Part shown: positions 36,232-46,430 of the stretch, piece after piece
Numbering within the stretch: the stretch's first letter is position 1
How the letters are laid out: each line of letters begins with the position of its first letter
Origin: Rebecca billardiae RCC1528
Lineage: Eukaryota > Protista > Haptophyta
NCBI GenBank assembly: GCA_965240325.2
Contig: OZ251223.1
Span: 2,046,001-2,110,000 of the forward strand
Length of the DNA: 64,000 bases
Reading direction: 5' to 3'
Translations under genes and position numbers: made by a program
Notes under the pieces: generated by a model
What the model was told of the DNA's origin: nothing
The model's input: the letters and a program-made list of their open reading frames with translations, nothing else
Database searches by the model: none

Positions 36232-38155
36232 CAGGTCGCTGCTTCGTTTTTCGGACTGCTTCGTCTTTCAGACCCGGCGATGGCGACGCACCTCGCGCAG
36301 CGGCTGCTGTGTGGCGGGCGCCGCGCGGCAGGGCTAGGCGGCCTGTCGGCGCGTCTGGTGACCTCAACGCAGCTCTGGTGGCTGCGGGGCTGGAGCCCAT
36401 CGCCTTCCCGATCGTGCTGTTGCTCGACAACCACTCGTCGCGGTACACGGAGGACGTGCTCGCAGCCCTCGGCACTGCTGAGTCCGAGTTCGGCATCCGC
36501 ATCTTCACCGAGGAGCCGAACACGTCGCACTTCCTACAGGTAGGCGCCCGTGCGCGCGGACGGCTGCAGCGCCTCTCCGGCGCGCGCGCGTGCCCCGGGT
36601 GTACCTGGCGTGCAATCGGCCCGGCGCGCGCGCGCGACGCGCGCACAATCACCTCTCCGCCCTCGCGCGGCCGCACGCACCGTGAAGGCTCTCGATCAGT
36701 ACAACCACAAGTTCCACTCGCAATACCAGAAGGGCCTGGCGTCTTTCAAGCACGCGTACACGGCGAGCTACGGCAAGGAGCCCACGATCGGCCTCCGCGA
36801 GTTCCTCCAGATCCTCGGCGGCTGTGAGGAGCTGTCCACGCCGGGTGCGTGGTTCTCGTGGTGTGACACCTTTGACATCATCAACGCGTGGCGCAAGGTG
36901 GGCATCACGGGCAACGTGTTGGACCCGGACCAGATCAACAGGAAGGACTTCGTGGATCGTCTCGATGCCGCACAGGCGAAGGCGGAGCGCAGGCGGCAAG
37001 AGGAGGAGGCCGATGCCGCGTCGCTCGCGGCGGCGGCGCCGGCAGCGGCGCCAAGCACTCCGGAGCGCGGGGCTGCGCGCTCGGCCGACGACGGCGAGCC
37101 CTCTGGCGCGCACGCATCACCTACGTTTAGTGCGTTCACAGCCACGCCTGCGGGGATGCGCTCGAACACTGCTCCAGCCCTCCGCGCCAAGCTCGAGCTC
37201 GCCAAGGAGTACTCCGGCCGCCAGGCCGCCAAGCTCGTGCGCGAGCGTGATGAGCACGACGCCGAGCTCGCCGCGGTGCGCAAGGCGGTGAGGTTCGACC
37301 CGGGTGAGCTCGCAGACCAGCTCGGTGTCCTTCCAGTGCCCGCCGTGGAGCTCGCCGCGCCGAAGCCGGACAACACGCGGCTCGACAGCCAAAACGGCTC
37401 GTGGTCGTTGCGTGAGATCAACACGCAGAAGGCCGCGCAGACCGCGCAGAAGGAGGCCGAGGCGGCGCGCAAGGCGGCGGCCGCATCCGAGCGTGCGCGG
37501 AAGAAGGCGGAGGCGGAGGCAGCTGCTGCTGAGCTCGCGGCGAGCTTCGACCGCTGTCACCAGACCTGCTCGTGCGGCGTGTCGCCCTGCCCGATGGCGA
37601 AGGCGAGACGCTGCCCGACGTGCCAGAAGATCGATCTCCGAGGGTGGCTGTGCAAGAAGGCCGAGTGCTCGGAAGCTCGCAAGCAATCGGCGCCGGCGCC
37701 GGCCGCGCCGGGCACCGCCGCGTCAGTATGAGCTGTCGTCGTCGACCGTGCTGGCCGCGCAGCCGCAGCGCCGGCTGGCGGTGGCGCGGAAGCCTAGTGA
37801 ATCCCTGAGGTGGTCTGCTGCATGTATGTGGTATCTAGAGTGCATGATGCCGTTAGCCCGACTCACACGGCTCACCAGACAGCGGCTCTGACTCGGCGCG
37901 CGCGCTGAGAGCCCGCGGGTCTGAAGGTTGAAGCATGCCGTCGGCGGCCCCGTCGTGGACCTCGTGGCGTCCGTGGGGCACATGGTAGTGGAACAAAGTC
38001 GTCTAAATGGTACATACCCGCTGGGTTGTACCTCAGGCACACCCTGGGGGTGCCGCCAGACGCGATCTCGAGCGCCGCAGACCCCCGGGGGCGCCGCCGC
38101 CATCGTGCACAAAAAGTGAACAGCAATCGGGTCCGAAAGTTGAAGCAGCGACCTG
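36232..38155 (+). mobile_element. Internally deleted pogo-like (Tc1/mariner superfamily) DNA transposon
   Basis: ~25-bp TIRs CAGGTCGCTGCTTC...TTTCGGAC; TA TSDs at 36230-31 and 38156-57; transposase remnant inside. Confidence 0.9.
36345..37731 (+). pseudogene. C-terminal half of a pogo-type DDE_1 transposase, with intron 36540-36687 and a Cys-rich tail
   Basis: PIVLLLDNHSSR...EPNTSHFLQ|ALDQ joined across a GT-AG intron; IINAWRKVGI; tail CHQTCSCGVSPC...CPTC...CKKAEC. The N-terminal HTH and first Asp are absent. Confidence 0.85.
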
Positions 38156-39826
38156 TACTAGGGCTCGGTGACCGGTGCCGGTGCCCGGTCGGGCTGGCTC
38201 GGCGGCGGGCTCGGCAGCCCCGTCGTGGAGACGAGCTGTAAGGCGGCTAATTACAGACCCGCGAGACCGAGTGTGCTTGGAATTATTGATGCAGTCGATG
38301 AGTCACATCATCTTGCGCGCCGCTCAGTGAATAGCCTCCGGCTGCGTCGCCGTACGGTACACTGTCACTGAGCTGTGAGCAGCATGATGGGCCTCGGCTC
38401 GGACCGTCACGGCTCATGCACCGTCGGACCGCGGTACGACCGTGTCGCGACACAAGTCACAAGCCGGCTGCTGCTCACGATGAGCTGCGCGATTTACGTC
38501 AAGTACTGGGTCACTGAGCTGTGAGCGGCAGCCGATGTGACCGCCGCAGGCAGTTGCGAGCAGGCAGTTGCTGCTCGCGAGGCAAGTCACACAAGCCGGC
38601 TGCTCGGCTCACAACGTGACTCGTGGTGGGCTGCGCGATTCGTGAAGACTGAAGTACACTGGAACAGTGTCAGAACGCGACAACTAGGGCCGTGCGCCCT
38701 CAACGTCGTTACAAGTTTACTACCCGAATCGTGATCGGCGTAGCCGATCATAATACTTACCACTAATAGACCGTAAGAATGCGTAGTCTGACATGACGAA
38801 CACTCATTGGTCAACATGCAATGCAGTGAGATTACTGAGAAGGTTCGCCGCGGGCAGCGGCGGCGTAGAGTGTCACGTGTCATACTACTGTCTTGCAGAA
38901 CGGTGCGCCGGGTCCCGTGCATTGGTCGGTGCAACCAATCCGTGGCAGCACATTATTCTTTGCACGCGCTGCATGCAATTTTCGGGCCCGGGGAGCGGAG
39001 ACGGACCAGCAGCGAACGCCTGATCATGATGCGCGTACAGGGGGACTGACCCTTCACTGACTTCCGGGACCTCCGCGGCCTCCGCGGGGCCTGACTACCC
39101 GCAGGCTTGTCGCGTTCGCGCGCTCGTGACGTATCCTTCCACACCGACGCTCGCGATGTACGCTCATACTACAGTAGTACCGCGGGATCGCCTCTCCGAT
39201 CGCATCATCCCTTGCCTCCGGTGCCCCGGCGACGCCATCGCACACCCGAGTCAGAAGTCGACCAACCGGCGACGGGGCCAACGTTGACGGGAGGACGTTA
39301 ATGGGTACCCGCATTATGAATCACAGTCCAGTAATGAGTAATCAGCCTAAACTGTTAGAGCTGCTAACGACCATTAGGAGAACGACTGCAAACGGCAATT
39401 GCACTCAGACTTGGGTATTGTACTATTGTACTGACGAACCCTGGAACAGTACCCGCATGCAATATGCCCCAATGGTTTGGCTTTGACGACGATTAAAACG
39501 ACCTGCTACTGTATACGGTACGTTGTGATTGCTATGTGAACTGAGTTCAATCGCTTTTACCAGTTTCGTGATGGAGTGGTGGGTGAAATTCGATATGCCA
39601 AACGAAACTTCCAGCATAATATCTCAACCAAATCTGCCGTTTTCGGCCCGGGGCGGATGAACAATTAGCCAACCCCTCATAACTGTAGAGGACCTCCTCC
39701 TCTCCACCCCGGCGCATCACCAACCCCTTATTACTTGGTCGACCCGCCCCGCGCTCCCAAAGCTCAACCGCAACTTTCTCGTGAGGTTGGTGGGCGGACT
39801 CCCTCCTTGGCACCACATCGCCCGAC

Positions 39827-42460
39827 ATGCCGCCCCACGGCGCCCACAGCAGGCCGGCGATGGTCGCCCCGGCTGACGTCGAGGCCGGTGCGGGCTCGTT
39901 CACGCGCACGCGCGTCGATGCACCGAGCACCAACCTGCCGCCCACGACGGTCTGGGGCACCTTTCGCGATGCGCGCCTCGAGGCGGAGTTCAGAAACGAG
40001 CGTGTGCGGCCGGGCCTCGAGCGCGGGCTGCTCGCAGTGAGCGTCGCGCTCGTGCTGCCGGTGGGCGCGTACTTCTCGGTCGTCGCTCTGGCGAGCGAGC
40101 GCGCGTCAGGGCCCGCCGTCGCCCTGATGGGCGCCGCTCTGGGCGTGCTCGTGCTCTGCTCGGTCGTGGCACATGGCGCGCGCCGCCTGGGCTCGATGCC
40201 TCTGGGCGCGACCGAGGCGCTCGCCACGCTGTGCTTCTCGACCCTGGCGCATCTGCTGCAGGTGAACGAGTGCGGCAGGCTGCTCTGGATGCCCGCCGGC
40301 CCTGCGTGCGAGCTCGACGCGCACACGGCCGTCGCGGACGGCATCCTCGCCGCCATGCGCCTCGCGCTGCTCCTGGTCTCGACCAGCCTCTTCACGCCGC
40401 TGCGCACGCCGCTCTTCGTGGTCTTCGGCGCGAACGCCGTCGCGGGCGTGGCGCTTGCCAACGCGGGCGCGGGCCCCGAGCACACGGCGCGCGCCGCGCT
40501 CGGCGTCCTCATGTGCGCCGCGCTCGTTGCGCTCGCCGTCCTCGTGCGGCTCAACGTCGACCGCGCCGCGCGCGTCACGTGGCACTACGAGCGCACGGTG
40601 AGGCACACGCTGGCGGATGTGGAGACGCTGCAGGCGTCGAAGACGCGCGCGGCGGTCGAGCTCGGCCGCACCGAGGCGGCCAAGGCCGCGCGCTCGCGCC
40701 TCATCCGCGTCTTCATGCACGACGTGCGCAGCCCGCTGCTCTCGGTCACGTCGATCGCGACCACGCTGCGAACGATGCCCGCCACGACGCGCCTCGCCAA
40801 CCCGACGGTGTCGCTGGCGCTCGAGACGCTGCAGTCGTGCGCGCGCGTGATGGAGAACGTCGTCTCCGACATGCTCGACTTTGAGCGCATCGACTCGGGC
40901 GAGCTCGCCCTCGACCTCGAGGGCGCGTTCACACTCGCGCGCCTGCTCGCCGGCGCCGAGCACTCCTTCTCGCGCGCCGCGCTCGCCAAGGACATCGAGC
41001 TCGAGTTCGACCCGTTGGACGAGGCGCTCGGCGCCGCGGTGTTCGAGGGAGACGTGCGCCGGCTCCACCAGTGCGTCTCCAACGGCCTCTCCAACGCGAT
41101 CAAGTTCACGCCGAACGGCGGGCGCGTGTGCGTCTCGGCGCGCTCGGGCCCGAGCAGCAGCACCGGCCCGCACTCGAGTGTCTTCCTCACCATCACGGAC
41201 TCGGGCGTCGGGCTGACGGAGGAGGAGGTGTCCGCGATCAACTCGGGCGAGCTCTTCGTGCAGGTCGGGCGCGGGCAGCTCCAGGGCTCCGGCGGCACGG
41301 GGCTCGGCCTCGGCGTCACGCGCCAGATCCTGGCCATGCACAACGGCTCGCAGCTGCGCGTCCGATCGGAGGGGCCGGGCCGCGGCGCGACGCTCGAGTA
41401 CGAGCTGATGCTGTGCCACGCCGCGGCCGAGAAGGCGGTTGCGTTGGGCCCGACGCACGTGCTCAGCGGCGAGTGTAGCAACGCGAGCGGAAGCCCGGAG
41501 GGGGGCACGCGCTTGCACGGGACGTCGCCCAGCCCGCCCCCTGGCAGCCAGCACGGCTCGCGGCATCCGCCGTGGTCGAGCGTGAAGGACGGCCCCGACG
41601 CCACCGGGGCCAGGGACGCGGACGAGTCCGACAGGACCACGCGCTCGCGCTTGACGACCACCTCCTCGCTCGCGACGAGCCACACGCGCGGGGCCGCGCT
41701 CTCGATTGCCAGCACGGCGGTCAACGACGATGCGGAGCCGAGCGTCGCCGCGGGCGGCTCGTCGATCCGGACGGCGCCGGCGCTGGGCGGCTCCTGCGGC
41801 AAGAAGCCTGCCGACGCAGCCAACGGCCGGCGCACCTCCGGACTGCTCGCCGCGGCGGCGCGCAAGCTCTCGGTGAGCGACGAGAGCGCGCGTGACAACG
41901 CGGCGGCGGCCGCGGCCGCCGCCTCGGCTGGCTCGCGCGGCGTGTCCTTCGAGGTCGGCGCCATCGCGCACTCGCCCGAGCTGCGGCTGCGCGCGGAGCT
42001 GGTCGAGGAGCTGCCCGACGACTTCTGCTGCCTGCACGTGGAGGACGACATGTTCGTCAAGTTCACGCTGCCGCTGCAGACGTTCGACGTGCTCGGCGCG
42101 CCGTACGAGCAGGCCGATGACGGCGTCCAGGCCATCGACAGGGTGCTCCACCGCGGGAAGCCGTACTCCGTGATCGTCCTCGACAACCAGATGCCCAACA
42201 TGAGCGGCACCGTGTGCGCGCGCGAGCTGCGCGCCAACGGGTACGAGGGCCTGATCGTCGGCATGACCGGCGACCCGCAGGGCAGCGAGGAGCGCTTCGA
42301 GTTCGAGGCCAGCGGCCTGAACGAGTGCCTGGACAAGGACACGGCAGGCATGCAGCGCCTCGTGCACATCCTGCGCGACCTGGCGAACGGCCTCGACCCC
42401 GTGCAACGGACTCCCCGGTCGGCCCCGAAGATTTCACGGTCCAGGCAGACAACGCTGTGA
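39827..42460 (+). CDS. Membrane hybrid sensor histidine kinase (TM-HisKA-HATPase-REC)
   Basis: Multiple TM segments; H-box FMHDVRSPL; N-box NGLSNAIKFT; G1 DSGVGL; G2 GGTGLGLG; receiver HVEDD...LDNQMPNMSG...GMTG. Confidence 0.95.
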   Translation: MPPHGAHSRPAMVAPADVEAGAGSFTRTRVDAPSTNLPPTTVWGTFRDARLEAEFRNERVRPGLERGLLAVSVALVLPVGAYFSVVALASERASGPAVALMGAALGVLVLCSVVAHGARRLGSMPLGATEALATLCFSTLAHLLQVNECGRLLWMPAGPACELDAHTAVADGILAAMRLALLLVSTSLFTPLRTPLFVVFGANAVAGVALANAGAGPEHTARAALGVLMCAALVALAVLVRLNVDRAARVTWHYERTVRHTLADVETLQASKTRAAVELGRTEAAKAARSRLIRVFMHDVRSPLLSVTSIATTLRTMPATTRLANPTVSLALETLQSCARVMENVVSDMLDFERIDSGELALDLEGAFTLARLLAGAEHSFSRAALAKDIELEFDPLDEALGAAVFEGDVRRLHQCVSNGLSNAIKFTPNGGRVCVSARSGPSSSTGPHSSVFLTITDSGVGLTEEEVSAINSGELFVQVGRGQLQGSGGTGLGLGVTRQILAMHNGSQLRVRSEGPGRGATLEYELMLCHAAAEKAVALGPTHVLSGECSNASGSPEGGTRLHGTSPSPPPGSQHGSRHPPWSSVKDGPDATGARDADESDRTTRSRLTTTSSLATSHTRGAALSIASTAVNDDAEPSVAAGGSSIRTAPALGGSCGKKPADAANGRRTSGLLAAAARKLSVSDESARDNAAAAAAAASAGSRGVSFEVGAIAHSPELRLRAELVEELPDDFCCLHVEDDMFVKFTLPLQTFDVLGAPYEQADDGVQAIDRVLHRGKPYSVIVLDNQMPNMSGTVCARELRANGYEGLIVGMTGDPQGSEERFEFEASGLNECLDKDTAGMQRLVHILRDLANGLDPVQRTPRSAPKISRSRQTTL

Positions 42461-43301
42461 TTCAAGTTCCTGAAACTCTGTGACCGCGTGGCAACTCTCA
42501 CTAGCGGTGTGTCTCGTCAGCAGTGACTCGCGCGTCGGACCACGGGTATGGGTCGATGAGGGCAGAATGAGACAGAGGGCACTTCAATGAGACAAAGGCG
42601 GCGGCCCAGTGGCGGCCGGCCAGTGGGCCGAGTGGCGAGTGGCGCCCACTGGGCGTGGTGCATGGCGCCCGCCTCGCACGCGCTACAGCGCCCGGTGAGG
42701 TGGACGCAAGTCTGTCGAGACGCGTCACATGTGTGCCCAAGGTGCATGCCTGGCACCTCCGCTCGTTTGCCGGCCGCTCCGCTGCCCATGCCTGCCCTGC
42801 ACGCACCAAACGTAGCCGCCCGGAACGTGCCCCGCCACTGTGAGACGGCCGCGAACCGCGATGCACGGTGCCCTTCAGTGACGTGAGCAAGGTAGTCTAC
42901 TACTGCAAGGGGACGCCAACCTGACGGCTGGCCATGCCATGGGAGGTAGTAGGGACGTCAGACACGCGCCAAGAGCCCATGGGAAGCTTGCTCTCCCCAG
43001 TTGGTGAGCTCGTCGGGCGTGCGCACGCGGTTTGTCTCAAAGTGCCCCCGCCCCCCCCCCCCCCCCAAAGTGAGACAAACTTGATGGTGCTCGTGCTCCT
43101 CAACGACATGGAGTTAGCCCACGAGACTCGCAGCTTGAACTCTTCGTCTGATGCCCTCCACGACGACGTGCGCGAAGGGCGTGAGCGCCATCGTGGTGGA
43201 GCGCAAAACACGATCCGGGATTTTGTCTCATTCTGCCCTCCAACCGGTGCAGGCTATGCTCTGCCACCAACGCCGACTTCGTGTCGACGATCGGGCACTG
43301 C

Positions 43302-44138
43302 CGCCGACGAATCAGGAGACCCGCGTCGTCCTACCTGTGTCGTTAAATCATAGAATGGGTCCAGACCTCAGGATTTGGGAAACTCGGAAAATGAGAGAAA
43401 TTCAAAACCCGCCGCGTGCGCCCGCCACAGCCATCCGCCGCGAGGCGCCGCCCGCTGCCGCGCCGCCGCGGTCGTAGACGTGCACGCGGCGATGGCGCAC
43501 GCGGTCGGGCAGAGGCATAGAGCCTTTCTGCGCCGCCCTGCGCCGGGCAACTCGCGTCTGACCATCTTCTCGGCGCCTTGAGCCCGCACGGGCGTGTGCG
43601 CCGCCTCTCGGCTTCAGCCGTGCTGTCGTCCCCGCAAAGTATGCGCGCGCTGAGCGCAACCCGAGGCGCGCATCCCAGGACGGCGTGAGCCATGTGACAG
43701 TACGGTCGTGGGCGCGCGCCATGGTGCCCAGCGGCTTCACGTGCGTGCCTCTTTGCTGCCTCGGCAGGCAAGGCGCGGCATGGCTCTGGCTGAATGTGGC
43801 GGCGGCGCACGCTCGCGCTCTCGCGGGCCTGCAGCTGACCGTCGAGGTGCGAGGGCGCGAAGCGCTGCGCCACGCGCAAGCGACAGTAGTTCACCGCTTC
43901 GCTACCGCCCCGCTGCGTCCCATCGGAAGATCTACTGGACTTCGCGCGGCCTCGCCCTGGCGGCGGAAGGCGAGAGCGAGGTGGCGGCGCCCCAGCGCGC
44001 GCCAACCTGACGAAACCCTTAACGTGCACGCCAGTGGGCGCCCAGTGGCGTGCACGTTAAGGATAATCCTGAGGTCTGGACCAATTCTATGATTTAAAGA
44101 CACAGGCACGAGGGCGCAGCTCTCCTGATTCGGTTGGC
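43302..44138. mobile_element. MITE-like element with ~75-bp imperfect TIRs
   Basis: gaatcaggag...cctgtgtcgttaaatcatagaatgggtccagacctcaggat versus atcctgaggtctggaccaattctatgatttaaagacacagg...ctcctgattc. Solo related copies at ~9125 and ~29088. Confidence 0.7.
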
Positions 44139-44156
44139 CCACAGCCTGGCCACCTG

Positions 44157-44323
44157 TTTTAAATTCCCCTTTATAACGGGCTCCGGGTGATCAGACTGGC
44201 GGCCGAAGCCTCCAGCCCTACCCTGGCCAGCCCCCAACCAACCACCACCCTCACCCAACCTCAAACCACTGACCGATACACCGAGTGCCTTGACACCACT
44301 CCGCTGTGGACAGCCCGCCTCCA
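44157..44323 (-). mobile_element. Short 5'-truncated 3' end of the LINE family seen at 53934-57560
   Basis: Nearly identical to 53941-54103, with a short A-tail. Confidence 0.9.
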
Positions 44324-44340
44324 AGGCGGCGGACTGAACG

Positions 44341-45695
44341 ATGGCCGCCGGCTGGACGCGACGTGTGGACAGCTCACACGCATGTGCGCTCGGGCAACTC
44401 GCGCATGCGCCCGGCTTCTGGCGCACGGAGGCCGAATGGAAGCGGTATGTGCTCGTTTTGCTGCGCGCGAGCCATGGTCCCATGCACTGACGATCCCCGG
44501 CGTGCACCGTGCGCATCCTCGCCATTGCGCCGCTTGCCCGTGCAGCCTGCACGTCGCGCCGCGCACTGTGCTCAGTGCCGCGTCGATTGCGTACGGCTGC
44601 CTCGCACGCGTGCACGCACAACTTGGGTCACGCCCTCCACGATCTCCCATCCCGGTCATTTGCGTCGGTTCCGCGCTCATCGGTGGCGCCGGAAAGACGC
44701 CCGTTGCGGCCGCAGTGGCGAGGCTGATCCGTCAGCAGTCGGCTGGGCGGCTCTGCCCGCACATCGTCACGCGTGGGTACGGCGGCACGCTACGCGGGCC
44801 CGTGCGCGTTCGCCTGGCCACGCACACCGCCGCCGATGTGGGCGACGAGGCGCTCGTGCACGCAGGCTCCTCGACGACATGGGTCGCCGCCAGCCGGGCT
44901 GCGGGCGTGCGAGCAGCAGCATCCGCGGGCGCTCCCGCGGCTGTCCTGGACGACGGTCTGCAGCACGCAGGCGTGACGAAGGACGTCGGCATCCTGGTCG
45001 CCCGCCCACCGCTGCACACGGCCTTTGGCAACGGCCGACTGCTGCCTGCTGGCCCGCTGCGCGAGCCTGTTGGCGCCGCCCTCGCACGAGTGCAAGCACT
45101 CGTCGTGCTCGATGACACCCCGCCCTCCGGTGCTGAGCACCGATCAGATGGATCTTGGGGCGCGACAGCGGCTGACGGTGCCGGCGCTGGCCGAGCGTCT
45201 GCGCCCTCCATGGCGGCGCTTGCGCTCGCGGCGGAGCTGGTCCGCATTCGCACAGCTGTGGCGCCGCGATCGCCTGCCCTCTCCGTTGCTCATGCGCAAT
45301 ACGTCCCGAGCGCGCAAGCGCGCGGCGCCGTGCGTGGCCAGCGCCTCGTCGCCTTCACGGCGACAGCATCTGCGGGCTCATTCGGGCGCTCACTGCACGA
45401 GGCTGTGGGCCCGGAGGGTGTCGTGCTGGAGAGGTACGCGTACCCTGACCACGCGTTGCTTAGTGAGCGCGAGCTCGAGTGGGTGCTCTCTCGTGCCCGC
45501 AGTCGCAGCGCTCTGCTCGTCACAACAGCCAAGGACGCGGTCCGCCTCCCACCGCGCATGTTGCGCCACGTGCTTGTGCTCGGCATGGACGTGCGATGGA
45601 GTGACGGCAGCGCGGCTGAGCTGGGTCGCCTCTTTGCACACGCCATCCGAGACAATGCCACGATTCACAACGACGTGGACTGTCGTAACGCGTGA
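44341..45695 (+). CDS. lpxK: Tetraacyldisaccharide (lipid A) 4'-kinase, intron 44445-44545
   Basis: Exon 1 encodes ...APGFWRT; P-loop PVICVGSALIGGAGKTP; TRGYGG; GDEA; LDDGLQH; GNGRLLPAGPLRE; YPDH; TTAKDAVRL. Confidence 0.92.
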
Positions 45696-46430
45696 AAGTA
45701 GTAGACGAAGTAGTTGACAGAATAATAATATAAGTTGTATAGTGTCATCAGTAACGCGGCGCGAAGTGCCGCGAACGCGGCATGAAAAAAAATCCCCCGC
45801 ATCCCCACTGGGCGGAAGTGCGGACGGGTTACGGTAACGCCGAAAATCGATTTCTTTACTGTGAATATATATATATATATATGAACATCAGTGTCAGTAG
45901 TCATCAGCAGCGTCATGCATGCAGACGAACTCAGAAGGCACGCCCGGCCAGCACTATATATGCTGTATACTCTGAGGGCGGAGTGAGACTTCCATCCGAT
46001 CGAGTACCGCGTGTCAAAACGGTACGGTATAGAGTATATTAGACTCCCACGGTTAGTCCTGGTACAGTAGCTTAGCTACCTGTCACCTGTGTCGTCAGTT
46101 AAATCATGGCCCGCGGTGCAGGGCGGAGCGCGTAGCGTGGAGCCCCGCCGGGGGCCCTCACTACGTTGTCAAAAAGATCTTTTGATCAAAGAAAAGGGGA
46201 CGGGGGACGATTTTGAGGGCTGTTGGAGGGTGAATTTTCGCTTTTTCGAGGGGCACACGTACCGTACATTGCTGTCTATCCGCAACTACGCGATTGACGA
46301 AATAAGCGCGCCCGCCAATTCGCCATATGTCGATGGACGAACGTGGGATCAGATACCCCGGGGGTGAAACAAGTGAGTATTCCTATCCCTCTTGTATGCT
46401 GAAGTACGAGTTTGCCGAGCGACGTTTGAT

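Noticed and set aside
40106-42501. Long antisense ORFs (766 aa and 638 aa), and similar ones over MEI1-like, WD40 and copia
   Set aside because: Shadow frames expected from very high GC3, with Arg/Ala-rich composition and no motifs.
44187-44340. N-terminal extension of the 502-aa LpxK ORF
   Set aside because: It translates through an antisense LINE fragment and an intron. The real first exon is in another frame.
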